Source of the DNA: Candidatus Aenigmatarchaeota archaeon | GTDB lineage: Archaea > EX4484-52 | Direction: 5' to 3' | Assembly (NCBI GenBank): GCA_023137195.1 | Contig: JAGLPV010000001.1 | Span: 106,242-170,241, forward strand | Length of the DNA: 64,000 nucleotides | Shown here: in pieces, positions 42,692 through 51,049 of the stretch | Layout: every line of letters begins with the position of its first letter | Numbering within the stretch: position 1 is the first letter of the stretch | Notes under the pieces: generated by a model | Told to the model about the DNA's origin: nothing | Database searches by the model: none | The model's input: the letters and a program-made list of their open reading frames with translations, nothing else | Program-made: the position numbers and the translations under genes

Positions 42692-42740
42692 TATATTGCG
42701 GCACAAAAACAATGCAAGTAAATTTATGTATTATGCTATA
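42692..42740 (-). repeat. Dispersed element, copy 4 (inverted orientation, internally deleted)
   Basis: The reverse complement reads ATATAGCATAATACATAAATTTACTTGCATTGTTTTTGTGCCGCAATATA. The 5' arm of hairpin 1 is joined directly to the loop and 3' arm of hairpin 2. It sits between the ABC permease stop (42743) and the mscS start (42657). Confidence 0.7.
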
Positions 42741-42742
42741 TT

Positions 42743-43996
42743 TCATTCATGCCTCAAAGCATCAACAGGTTTTAGTTTAGAAGCTTGGTATGCCGGAATT
42801 ACCCCGGAAAGCGTGCCGATAATGACGGATATTGAAAGCGAAAGCACGACACTATTCATCGTAACAATTGTTGATGAACCCAGTTTGCCGGTTACGCCAC
42901 TTGCACCACCCATAAGCATCGGCAGCAGACCAGACAACAAGTAACCAAAAATTACACCTATCGCACCTCCAATAAGAGCTATTAAAACAGAGTTTAGCAA
43001 AAATATCATCATGATATCTTTGTTTCTTGCACCGACTGCTTTCATAATGCCAATCTCCTTTGTTTTTTCAAGAACAGAAGTAAACATTGTATTTGCGATT
43101 CCGACCGCTCCGACAAGGAGCGCGACTGCGGCGATAGCTGCCAAAAACATCGTCATAGAACCCATCATTTCCGCCACTCTTTCTGCTGTTTCTTTAGAAC
43201 TATAGATGGAAAAATCCTTGTTTTTTTCTGTCACATGGCGTACATTCATTAATTTTCTTTCAATGTTTTCTATGGCGAGATCAAGTTCCTCTTCATTCTT
43301 TATTTTTATCTCAAAAGAATCATATATTCCAATTTCCTTATCATCCAATACATGATATGCTGACTGCAAAGGCATGAATACATCACTTCCTTCATTATCG
43401 AGGATGCCGACCACTCTAAATGCCATATTATTTATTGTAATCATCTGATTGATGCCGATTGGCTTATCAAAATAATCTCTTGATAGTCTGCCTCCGATGA
43501 CAACTACATTGGCGTCTGAGGGTCCCAGCATTCTTCCATCTTCGATTTTATTGAGTGTAATTTGCGACCAGACTTTTGGATCAACGCCGGTCACAGATAC
43601 AGAACCTTTTTTCGCAAGAAAATACACATCTGCATTGGCTCGAATAATAGGATTGATAAGTTTTATGTCCGGTATTCCTTTTAATGCCTGAAGATCTATC
43701 CGGTCGAGCACTATTTCTTCAGCAGTGGCGATTGTACCACTAGAAGGGAGTTTCCCTCCACCCATTCCATGACCGCTAAATCTCGCTGCTTTGGAGACTC
43801 CCGGACTAATAGTCAGTATGTCTCCCCCCAAGTCACCTAATTGAGAACTAACACTTTGCTGCATTCCTTCGCCCATAGACAGGATGGCAATTACTGAAGC
43901 CACTCCAATGACAATTCCGAGTATAGTCAGCCAGCTTCTTAACTTACTGTGCCGAACCATATTCAGCGCGTGCCCAAAAGATTTAATCAGTTTCAT
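42743..43996 (-). CDS. ABC transporter permease (MacB-like: MacB_PCD + FtsX domains)
   Basis: 417 aa. N-terminal TM, a large periplasmic-type domain, then a C-terminal FtsX-like 3-TM bundle (EIGIMKAVGARNKDIMMIFLLNSVLIALIGG...IPAYQASKLKPVDALR). Confidence 0.85.
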   Translation of the reverse strand: MKLIKSFGHALNMVRHSKLRSWLTILGIVIGVASVIAILSMGEGMQQSVSSQLGDLGGDILTISPGVSKAARFSGHGMGGGKLPSSGTIATAEEIVLDRIDLQALKGIPDIKLINPIIRANADVYFLAKKGSVSVTGVDPKVWSQITLNKIEDGRMLGPSDANVVVIGGRLSRDYFDKPIGINQMITINNMAFRVVGILDNEGSDVFMPLQSAYHVLDDKEIGIYDSFEIKIKNEEELDLAIENIERKLMNVRHVTEKNKDFSIYSSKETAERVAEMMGSMTMFLAAIAAVALLVGAVGIANTMFTSVLEKTKEIGIMKAVGARNKDIMMIFLLNSVLIALIGGAIGVIFGYLLSGLLPMLMGGASGVTGKLGSSTIVTMNSVVLSLSISVIIGTLSGVIPAYQASKLKPVDALRHE

Positions 43997-44033
43997 TTAT
44001 TTTTCATCTCCAGATATTGGTTGCATAAGTCTA

Positions 44034-45422
44034 TTATTTTTTGTTTTTCCCAAAGACACCATACGCCATTTTTTTATAGGTGTAGTTCGGGTCGTTTAGT
44101 CGTTCTTTCCTGTATTTTTTATGCACGAAAACAAGAATCAGAAGTACAATAAACCCTATGCCGATGTATTTTGTTGTTGATGTTTCATCTTTTGTTGTAA
44201 CTCCTCTTTGTCCTGTCTTCCCTGCTGCAAATGAAACCTGTCCGTCTTCTCCAAACACTGGCGCAATAGAAGATGAGTCTATGTTTATTTCTTTAGTGAT
44301 TGTATGTCTCTCTCCTCTCGTATCAGTGTAGCTTATCTTGATATTCAGTGGGGTTGAGTCCACAGGAGATGGTCTGGCTTGAGGAGAATCCTCTGTCTTT
44401 TGCACCTCTTCTTCAGATTCCTTCACAGCACTACCTGATTGTTGCAGACTAAAGCCCGCAACTGTGTAATCTCCTTTGTTTAGGTTGCCTATGATGACAG
44501 AATTAATCCCGCTGACTTTCCATCCTTTTTGATTAGGAATGCTTATTGTCACTGAGCTGGCAGAGACGCTCCCTACATTGGCGATAGAAAAAGAAGTTTC
44601 TCCCATTGAACTGCCGGAGAAAGTAATGTCAAAATCCGTCTCTCCTCCAACATATACTCCTGCGCTTGTAAGGATATTGGTTTCTTCCCCGCTGACAGAA
44701 TCATCATAAGTTAGGCTTAAGGTGAGTTTGTATAAATCAGGCTCTGCATTTGCGCTTGCAATTACATTATAAGAGAGTTCAGCACTTTCGTCGATATCTA
44801 GGTATTTAATATGTCTTGTGTCGTCAGAACCAACAGGAAGGATTACGTTGTCTTCATTTTCCCATGAAAATTTAAGATTCCTTAATGGAGCAGAACCGAC
44901 ATTGTTGATAGTGAATGTCATGGCAGTTTGTTTTCCCGGCAAAAGTTCAACCTTGTCAATATATATTATTTCCGCGCTTTCCTTGTTTTTGATGTCGATG
45001 CTTAGTATTACTTCTGTTTTTGCCAAATCTTTCTGACCTTCTTTATATTTCCACAGCTTTAATTCATAACTGCCTGCAATAGCATCTTTGTCTGTTTTTA
45101 TCTTGTATTTGACGATTTTAATATCATCGCCGTCCTGGTATCCTCTTATTGCACCGATATTTCGTACAGATGTTTCGCCTAATGCTAATTCGAAAGGATA
45201 TTGCGGCACAAGTTCCAATACAATATTTTCAGCAATCGTTCCTCCTTTATTTTCAATGCCTATTCTTACTTCCGCTATATTCCCTGCTATTGCCGGGTCC
45301 GGATCCTGGTTCGTCAAAGATACAATTAAGGCTCCAATATCTGCCAAATCATCAGCTAATGCCGGTGTTGAGAGAGCCATCATTACAATCAGCATGATGC
45401 TGAAAATATATTTTGTTTTCAT
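44034..45422 (-). CDS. Secreted CARDB/COG1361-type surface protein with a C-terminal TM anchor (middle gene of the ABC operon)
   Basis: 462 aa. Signal peptide MKTKYIFSIMLIVMMALSTPALA. NQDPDPAIAGNIAEVRIGIENKGGTIAENIVLEL and FTINNVGSAPLRNLKFSW beta-sandwich patterns. TM segment YIGIGFIVLLILVFV near the C-terminus. Confidence 0.65.
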   Translation of the reverse strand: MKTKYIFSIMLIVMMALSTPALADDLADIGALIVSLTNQDPDPAIAGNIAEVRIGIENKGGTIAENIVLELVPQYPFELALGETSVRNIGAIRGYQDGDDIKIVKYKIKTDKDAIAGSYELKLWKYKEGQKDLAKTEVILSIDIKNKESAEIIYIDKVELLPGKQTAMTFTINNVGSAPLRNLKFSWENEDNVILPVGSDDTRHIKYLDIDESAELSYNVIASANAEPDLYKLTLSLTYDDSVSGEETNILTSAGVYVGGETDFDITFSGSSMGETSFSIANVGSVSASSVTISIPNQKGWKVSGINSVIIGNLNKGDYTVAGFSLQQSGSAVKESEEEVQKTEDSPQARPSPVDSTPLNIKISYTDTRGERHTITKEINIDSSSIAPVFGEDGQVSFAAGKTGQRGVTTKDETSTTKYIGIGFIVLLILVFVHKKYRKERLNDPNYTYKKMAYGVFGKNKK

Positions 45423-45434
45423 ATTAATACCTGT

Positions 45435-46133
45435 TTATTTTTGTTTATTGTTTTTCTCCATTCTAACGACTTTTCCATCTTTTAGTTCAATTATGTCATG
45501 GGCATATTCTGCCAGATGTAAATCATGAGTTACCATAATAACTGTTTTTCCTTCTTCCTTCCATATTTTTTCAAGCATATCCAAGACTTCTTTTCCTGTG
45601 ACACTGTCGAGTGCGCCGGTTGGTTCATCTGCAAGGATGATTTCCGGGTCGGCTACGAGACATCTTGCGATTGCTACTCTTTGCTGTTGTCCGCCCGAGA
45701 GTTGGGATGGGAGATGGTGGATTTTGTCTTTTAGTCCTACGAGAGCCAATACATTTTTTGCTCTTTTTTCTGCTATTGTCTCGTCCTCTTCCTGCAATTC
45801 AAGCGGCAAAATTACATTTTCATACGCAGTCATGTGCGGTATGAGATTGTATTGCTGAAATATAAATCCAATTGTCTTTCCTCTTAGGGTTGATAAATCT
45901 GATTCGCTCAAGTTCGCAATATCCTGTGATTTTAATGAAATATTTCCCTTTGATGGGGTGTCCAGGCACCCTACAAGATTCATCATGGTGCTTTTGCCTG
46001 AGCCGGATGCACCTATTATTGCAACGAAGTCGCCTTTTTTTATATCAACAGTGATTCCCCTGAGGGCAGGCACTTCTACTTCGCCCATCTGGTAAATTTT
46101 CCAGACATCCCTGAAAGATATTATTGAGTCCAT
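45435..46133 (-). CDS. ABC transporter ATP-binding protein (MacB/LolD-type)
   Basis: 232 aa. Walker [11 protein letters not shown]-loop, signature [15 protein letters not shown], Walker [12 protein letters not shown], and H-loop VTHD. Confidence 0.95.
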   Translation of the reverse strand: MDSIISFRDVWKIYQMGEVEVPALRGITVDIKKGDFVAIIGASGSGKSTMMNLVGCLDTPSKGNISLKSQDIANLSESDLSTLRGKTIGFIFQQYNLIPHMTAYENVILPLELQEEDETIAEKRAKNVLALVGLKDKIHHLPSQLSGGQQQRVAIARCLVADPEIILADEPTGALDSVTGKEVLDMLEKIWKEEGKTVIMVTHDLHLAEYAHDIIELKDGKVVRMEKNNKQK

Positions 46134-46146
46134 AGGTATATATGTA

Positions 46147-46175
46147 TGAAACCGTATTTATAAGTTTAGTGAAAC
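46147..46175 (-). promoter_or_regulatory. 29-nt GAAAC-TATA-GAAAC promoter/operator motif, copy A (upstream of the ABC operon)
   Basis: Plus strand TGAAACCGTATTTATAAGTTTAGTGAAAC. On the gene (minus) strand it reads GTTTCACTAAACTTATAAATACGGTTTCA, ending 13 nt before the ATG at 46133. 21 of 29 positions are invariant among copies A, B and C. Confidence 0.6.
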
Positions 46176-46192
46176 TCAACCAGTAGCATTTA

Positions 46193-46480
46193 TTATTCAC
46201 CCACCTTCTTCGCATTATTTTTCCTGCCAGACAGCATAGTTTTTGTTACTGCTTTAATCCAGTTCCAGTGCAGAGCTAAATGAATTAATACAAGCAATCC
46301 CATAATAAGACCGCTCCAATCGTGCAGTAGTGTAATGTTTTTTACATGCAATACTTTGTATGCTGAAGTACCTATGATTTTTATCAGACCAGGCCACTTA
46401 ATCAATCCTGTAATGAAACAAATGAAAAAAGATATTGCCAATCCTATATCTATAAAATAATTTACTTTTGTTCTATTCAT
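46193..46480 (-). CDS. DUF4405-like small membrane protein
   Basis: 95 aa. NYFIDIGLAISFFICFITGLIKWP ... LHDWSGLIMGLLVLIHLALHWNW, the typical DUF4405 pattern. Confidence 0.55.
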   Translation of the reverse strand: MNRTKVNYFIDIGLAISFFICFITGLIKWPGLIKIIGTSAYKVLHVKNITLLHDWSGLIMGLLVLIHLALHWNWIKAVTKTMLSGRKNNAKKVGE

Positions 46481-46481
46481 T

Positions 46482-46820
46482 TCAAACGCCTCCCAATTCA
46501 GGTTCCTTCTTTATTTCTTCTGCAATGTCTTTTATTATAGCAGGCGAAAATTTATATTCTTCTCTCATTTTCTCCAATGTTGTTTCTGTTGTATAATTGC
46601 CTTTGAATTCAAATTCTTCCACAATTCCATCGAGGAGTTTTTGTGAGTCTATTTCCCACAAATCTGCGACCTGCTGTACTGTCAGTTGTTTCATTGCACT
46701 TCCTTCTATTTCTACTGAGTGGTCGTGCAGTTCGTCGTCTGAATGTTCGTGGTCTGAGTTGGATGTGCATCCGCTAATGGCTGTTAAAAGTATCAGACAT
46801 ATTAATATTATTTTTTTCAT
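46482..46820 (-). CDS. Lipoprotein with a His/Asp-rich N-terminal region, hypothetical
   Basis: 112 aa. Lipobox LLTAISGC, then TSNSDHEHSDDELHDHSVE. AGGAGG Shine-Dalgarno upstream of the ATG. A 1-nt gap to the downstream DUF4405 gene suggests an operon. Confidence 0.6.
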   Translation of the reverse strand: MKKIILICLILLTAISGCTSNSDHEHSDDELHDHSVEIEGSAMKQLTVQQVADLWEIDSQKLLDGIVEEFEFKGNYTTETTLEKMREEYKFSPAIIKDIAEEIKKEPELGGV

Positions 46821-46869
46821 TTTATTCCTCCTATTATATTCTTCTTCTTTCCTTCAAATTATATATGTT

Positions 46870-46898
46870 GGAAACCATATATAAATGTTTACTGAAAC
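46870..46898 (-). promoter_or_regulatory. 29-nt GAAAC-TATA-GAAAC motif, copy B (upstream of the lipoprotein/DUF4405 operon)
   Basis: Plus strand GGAAACCATATATAAATGTTTACTGAAAC. On the gene strand it reads GTTTCAGTAAACATTTATATATGGTTTCC, about 50 nt upstream of the ATG at 46820. Confidence 0.6.
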
Positions 46899-46924
46899 TG
46901 TTAAAAAAATAAAAAAAGAAGGCT

Positions 46925-47413
46925 TTACTGCCCTCCTATTCTTTTCATAGCTCCGTGGTTGTTGTCTGTATCTCCGGAAAATTTGTGCTGCATTTTTTGT
47001 CCTTTGTTTTGTCCATCTCCATTCTTATAACCTGTTCCATCTGCCGGTCCATTGCCATTGTTTAGACCAAGTTCTGTTCTTAATTGCGCTGCTGTTTCAT
47101 GGTCTCCGTTTTCTCCTGCTTCGTGCGCTTGGACAAAGGTTTCAAAGTTCTCTGCTGTCACAACATCAACAACTCTTGGGCGCCTGTCGTTCTGGGTCAT
47201 TAATGAATACCATGCATCATAGTCATTATATTCAAATGCCAGTTCCATCTCATCGTGCCTTTCATCGCTGCAATTAGGTCCTTCTGTGGTGTAGTCTCCT
47301 CTATATGCACTTGCTATGCTTACGGATAAAATCAGTCCGATAATAGCAAACATCGACAAAGCCATTATTGTGTTTTTATTTTTCATATATTTCATCTCCA
47401 TGGTTTTCACCAT
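46925..47413 (-). CDS. Secreted hypothetical protein
   Basis: Signal peptide MKNKNTIMALSMFAIIGLILSVSIASA. ERHDEMELAFEYNDYDAWYSLM ... ENFETFVQAHE pattern and a Gly/Asn-rich tail. I trimmed the start to the ATG at 47411-47413 because the track start (47458) would lie inside motif copy C. The ATGs at 47401 and 47392 are alternatives. Confidence 0.55.
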   Translation of the reverse strand: MVKTMEMKYMKNKNTIMALSMFAIIGLILSVSIASAYRGDYTTEGPNCSDERHDEMELAFEYNDYDAWYSLMTQNDRRPRVVDVVTAENFETFVQAHEAGENGDHETAAQLRTELGLNNGNGPADGTGYKNGDGQNKGQKMQHKFSGDTDNNHGAMKRIGGQ

Positions 47414-47426
47414 AGTTCTATAGAAC

Positions 47427-47455
47427 TGAAACCGTATATATATGTTCGCTGAAAC
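47427..47455 (-). promoter_or_regulatory. 29-nt GAAAC-TATA-GAAAC motif, copy C (divergent intergenic region)
   Basis: Plus strand TGAAACCGTATATATATGTTCGCTGAAAC. On the minus strand it reads GTTTCAGCGAACATATATATACGGTTTCA, about 14 nt upstream of the ATG at 47413. Confidence 0.6.
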
Positions 47456-47499
47456 CATTGGAAAAAGTTTCCGGAAGTTGAAACCATTGGAAAAGGTTT
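47451..47499 (+). promoter_or_regulatory. Two 20-nt direct repeats preceding the TATA-like box of the HTH regulator gene
   Basis: GAAACCATTGGAAAAAGTTT (47451-47470) and GAAACCATTGGAAAAGGTTT (47480-47499), 19/20 identical. The second runs into TTTATAAATTTT about 20 nt before the ATG at 47519. The first overlaps the 3' GAAAC of motif C. Confidence 0.55.
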
Positions 47500-47518
47500 A
47501 TAAATTTTGGCTTCTAAT

Positions 47519-48085
47519 ATGTCTATGAACAAGAAAATTAAAAATATAATGATGCTGGTTTCAATAGCGGCAATGATAGGGTTGGTAATTATTATTTTTT
47601 CCAGTCTTATGGATGTGTACAAAACATCATCGGAGAATAATAGAAATTCACCTATGATTCCAAGATATATATTGTGGACTTCTATGACACTTATGATTCT
47701 TGTGATTGTTCCTATTTCTTATTTTCTGATATCCAAAAGGCTGGATGAAAAACTCGAAAAGAATATGGAAGTGATTTCGAAACTACTTGGTGGAGGGAAT
47801 ACGCCTCTAAAAACAGAGCCGGGTAATGTGGATAATGTGGCGGATAAGAATATTATTTTGAAGTTTCTGAGTCCTAATGAAAGGACGATAATTAGAAAAT
47901 TGATTGAGAAGGAAGGTACTATACTTCAGTCAGAGATAACAAGGATTGAATGGATGGGTAAATTGAAGACTCACCGGGCTGTTGAGGAACTTAAGCGGAA
48001 AGGGATAATCAAGACAGAGAAATACGGGAAGACTAATCGGATTATTTTAGAGAAGGATGTTGCTGATGTTTTGATGGAGAAATAA
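47519..48085 (+). CDS. Membrane-associated winged-HTH regulator (COG2512-like)
   Basis: Two N-terminal TM helices, then LSPNERTIIRKLIEKEGTILQSEITRIEWMGKLKTHRAVEELKRKGIIKTEKYGKTNRIIL (MarR/wHTH-like). ATG at 47519 preferred over the track's TTG at 47507. Confidence 0.65.
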   Translation: MSMNKKIKNIMMLVSIAAMIGLVIIIFSSLMDVYKTSSENNRNSPMIPRYILWTSMTLMILVIVPISYFLISKRLDEKLEKNMEVISKLLGGGNTPLKTEPGNVDNVADKNIILKFLSPNERTIIRKLIEKEGTILQSEITRIEWMGKLKTHRAVEELKRKGIIKTEKYGKTNRIILEKDVADVLMEK

Positions 48086-48340
48086 TCAATACTCTTTGTA
48101 AACATTCTTTCGGTGTCCTATCTTTATTACCATAATCAAGAGAGTTCCGTTATCAATATCCATAAGAATCCTGTAATTTCCGACACGTAATTTGTATGCA
48201 GATTCTCCAACAAGCTTTTTTACATGGGCTTCCGGTCTTATCCTGATTCGTTCCAGTACTGCAATAATTCTTTTCTGGATATTTTTTTCTAATTTCTTAA
48301 GCTGATTTTTTGCTTTTTTTGAAAAAATAATATCGTACAT
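48086..48340 (-). CDS. relE: Type II toxin, RelE/ParE family
   Basis: 84 aa. MYDIIFSKKAKNQLKKLEKNIQKRIIAVLERIR ... YKLRVGNYRILMDIDNGTLLIMVIKIGHRKNVY is the canonical RelE/StbE pattern. Confidence 0.85.
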   Translation of the reverse strand: MYDIIFSKKAKNQLKKLEKNIQKRIIAVLERIRIRPEAHVKKLVGESAYKLRVGNYRILMDIDNGTLLIMVIKIGHRKNVYKEY

Positions 48341-48346
48341 AGGAGG

Positions 48347-48565
48347 TTATAAGTTCAGTTCTTTCTTGACATGATCTAGTGTATAGAAATTTCCCTGTTT
48401 TATTTCATCACGGGATTCTTCAAGCTCTTTTTTTGTCTGTTCGTCCAGTTCTCTTCCATCCTCTATCAAATCCCAAATTACCTCTTCGTATGTTTCTTTC
48501 TTAGAAAATTTTCTTTCAGTCAATGTTTGCTGTAATTCCCTACTCATCTGAACTGTAGTTGCCAT
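48347..48565 (-). CDS. Cognate antitoxin of the RelE-like toxin
   Basis: 72-aa acidic ORF 6 nt upstream of relE on the same strand. The position and size are typical. The family is not recognised from the sequence alone. Confidence 0.6.
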   Translation of the reverse strand: MATTVQMSRELQQTLTERKFSKKETYEEVIWDLIEDGRELDEQTKKELEESRDEIKQGNFYTLDHVKKELNL

Positions 48566-48629
48566 AGTGAACTATAGTAGTATATATTTAAAAATATTTC
48601 GGTGACAATAATTTCCAAACTATCTTTTC

Positions 48630-49847
48630 CTACGCGGTCTTTTTGCCTATAATTGTTCTGATAACATTCCCTTCAAATTCAACTCCTTCAAAACAACTCC
48701 ATTCACATTTACTCTTTACATTCTCTTTTGAAAATGTAAATTTTTTGTTTGGGTCTAAAATAGTGAAAGCACCAACATATCCTTCTGCTATTTTGCCGAA
48801 TTTTAAATCGTTGTATTGGTTTACAAACAAGCCTCCATTGTATGAGCATATTTTTGAAATTGTTGCAGGAGATACTCCTTTTTCTTTCATTAGCCAGAGA
48901 GCAAATGCGCTGTAGGCATCTATGTGAGAGACTCCGCTCATGCCGTTTTGTTTTTCTTCCAGTGTGTGGGGAGCATGGTCTGTTCCAATGAAGTCGACAT
49001 AGCCATTCTTGATTGATTCAATTAAAAATTCGCAATCCTCTTTTTTTCTTATCGGGGGGTTCATCTGGAGGAATTTCCTGTTGGTTTCATTTAGGTTGTC
49101 TTCGCTGAAAAATAGGTGATGTGGTGTTGCTTCGCAGAGGACATTTAATCCTTTTTTCTTTGCATTAATTATCCGTTCCATTCCTTTTTTTGTTGAGACA
49201 TGGCATATCTTGCCTGCTAATTGGTATTTTTCAATTAATTTTAGGGCAAATTCAATTGCTTTTATTTCTGTTTCTTCCGGTCTTTTTTCTTCGTGAGTGG
49301 GCTGGTCTTTGTTTTGTTCTAAAAGGACAGGGTCTTCGCAGTGGAAACTTATGTTTTTGCCTGTGTATTTGGAGATTATTTTTTCGAGCTCTTCGTTTGT
49401 GCTGAAAAATAAGTCACCTACGGATGGTCCCATGAAGACTTTGTATGGGACATTTAAATCAATCGGGCTTGTGTCTGGTCCGATTCCTGCGTAAAGGGTT
49501 ACAGGGATTTTTGCTTTTTTTGTGAGTTCTTTTTTTGTTAAGTATGATTCTTTGGTGATTGGTGCTGTTGGGTTGTTTGGCATGTCGCAGATATGGACTA
49601 CTCCGCCGTTTATTGCCGCTTCGGATGCGGTTAGGTAATCTTCTTTGTAATTCTGCTTTCCGCTTGCATCTTCCCTGCAATGTACATGCACATCTACGAA
49701 GCCGGGGAAGATTAAGATGTCGTCGTCGTATTTTAATTCCGGTTCGCCCAAGTCCTGACCGATTTTTTCTATAATGCCCTGCTCGTTTATTTTTACCTGC
49801 CCGACAAAGTCGTTGTCGAAGTTTATGAAATGTCCTTGTATTATCAT
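48630..49847 (-). CDS. pyrC: Dihydroorotase (amidohydrolase superfamily)
   Basis: 405 aa. PGFVDVHVHCRE (HxH metal site), FHCED, and GTDHAPH. Length and motif order fit PyrC. Confidence 0.8.
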   Translation of the reverse strand: MIIQGHFINFDNDFVGQVKINEQGIIEKIGQDLGEPELKYDDDILIFPGFVDVHVHCREDASGKQNYKEDYLTASEAAINGGVVHICDMPNNPTAPITKESYLTKKELTKKAKIPVTLYAGIGPDTSPIDLNVPYKVFMGPSVGDLFFSTNEELEKIISKYTGKNISFHCEDPVLLEQNKDQPTHEEKRPEETEIKAIEFALKLIEKYQLAGKICHVSTKKGMERIINAKKKGLNVLCEATPHHLFFSEDNLNETNRKFLQMNPPIRKKEDCEFLIESIKNGYVDFIGTDHAPHTLEEKQNGMSGVSHIDAYSAFALWLMKEKGVSPATISKICSYNGGLFVNQYNDLKFGKIAEGYVGAFTILDPNKKFTFSKENVKSKCEWSCFEGVEFEGNVIRTIIGKKTA

Positions 49848-49887
49848 AGTTATCCCTCAAGTATATTGATTTTATTTTTATATACTT

Positions 49888-49903
49888 TATCAGTATACTG
49901 ATA
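49888..49903. promoter_or_regulatory. Perfect 16-bp palindrome upstream of pyrC
   Basis: TATCAGTATACTGATA equals its own reverse complement. It lies 41-56 nt upstream of the pyrC ATG (49847), just distal to a TATA-like AAGTATATAAAAAT on the gene strand. Confidence 0.45.
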
Positions 49904-49943
49904 TAATATGCTTAAAATTGTATCATTGTGTTGAGGTAGTTGA

Positions 49944-50141
49944 TTAAAATTTCTTCTCAAAGATTATGTCTATGTAACTTGCCACTCCGTATCCTTTTAT
50001 TGGCGGGGCGAAAAGCTGAACCAGACGCCATCCGTCTTTTCCTCTTTCTTTGATAATTTCCCTGTAGTCCTCTTTTGGTTTGGTATTTATGAGTCCTGTT
50101 ATTTCGACTCTTATGGTTTCGTATTCGTACATGTTAATCAC
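49944..50141 (-). CDS. DUF4177-like small protein
   Basis: 65 aa. MYEYETIRVE...YREIIKERGKDGWRLVQLFAPP pattern. Confidence 0.5.
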   Translation of the reverse strand: MINMYEYETIRVEITGLINTKPKEDYREIIKERGKDGWRLVQLFAPPIKGYGVASYIDIIFEKKF

Positions 50142-50308
50142 CTGATATGATATGGGATTGAGGTATTAAAGGTTTTGCTGTTTTAAACAACTATATTCAA
50201 ACAATCCGTTTGACAAATATCCAAGAGTAATTGCCCTGTGGTGGAAATTACAAGATAAAAAGAAAAGTTTTTAAAAATCAGAAAGTTAAAATATAGAGGC
50301 GAAATAAA

Positions 50309-50518
50309 ATGAAATTAAAGATGGAAGAGAGAAAAGAGCTTGTTGAAGAATTAACGCCTTTAATTGAGAAGAAAATAGAAGGACATATCCGAATTACGAT
50401 GACAAATATGATGAAAAAATACAAGGATTCAGATTCACAATCTGAAATGAAATTGTCTGAACAATCATTTAAAAAATTGTGGGAAAATGAGCAGGATGAT
50501 ATCTGGGATACCTATTAA
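50309..50518 (+). CDS. Putative antitoxin of the MazF/PemK-like toxin
   Basis: 69-aa ORF overlapping the downstream toxin ORF by 32 nt. Acidic C-terminus KKLWENEQDDIWDTY. Confidence 0.5.
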   Translation: MKLKMEERKELVEELTPLIEKKIEGHIRITMTNMMKKYKDSDSQSEMKLSEQSFKKLWENEQDDIWDTY

Positions 50519-50762
50519 ACAAAAAGATATTTTGCTGGTAAAATTTCCTTTTACTGATTTTAAAACATTTAAGCAAAGACCTGTTTTGGTTTTATCGAAT
50601 AATACATTCAATCAGAAAACAGAAGATTTGGTCGTATGCGCAATTACAAGTAATCTGGTGCATAAAGAATATGGCGTTTTGATTGCAAACGATGATTTGG
50701 AAGAAGGATATCTGAAAACAAATAGTTTGATTAAATTCAACTTTAACACTTCCAAAAATTAG
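50487..50762 (+). CDS. mazF: MazF/PemK-family toxin, possibly truncated at the C-terminus
   Basis: IKQKDILLVKFPFTDFKTFKQRPVLVLSNNTFNQKTEDLVVCAITSN matches the PemK pattern (GDI..v.FPf.d....KrRPalVlS.......d.iv..ITs). The ORF stops at a TAG after ...SLIKFNFNTSKN, where family members usually continue for about 20 more residues. Confidence 0.6.
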   Translation: MSRMISGIPIKQKDILLVKFPFTDFKTFKQRPVLVLSNNTFNQKTEDLVVCAITSNLVHKEYGVLIANDDLEEGYLKTNSLIKFNFNTSKN

Positions 50763-51049
50763 AATTTTAAGATTTGCCACTCTTTTATGCGTTAAACCTT
50801 GATTTTTGAAAATATAATTTCTTTTTTTGCGTCTACCTGTGCGTCTACATTTTTTTCAAATTTCGCCCCATTTTATAGCCCTATTGCCTTTTTTTAAATT
50901 AAGTGTCAAAGTCGAGTTTAATATATGAATGCCTGAGAAGTTTTTGTATAATCTTCAAATCACTTCCATTTTAAGTAGATGAGTCGCAAACTACCTATTT
51001 AGGTGTGTGGTTCGAGTATCAATATGAAGTTAAAATAGTATTGTGTGTA

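Noticed and set aside
51001-51025. GGTTCGAGT, resembling a tRNA T-loop, as a possible tRNA fragment or integration att site
   Set aside because: The flanking bases do not pair into a T stem (GTGTGG versus ATCAAT), and no acceptor or anticodon arm can be drawn.
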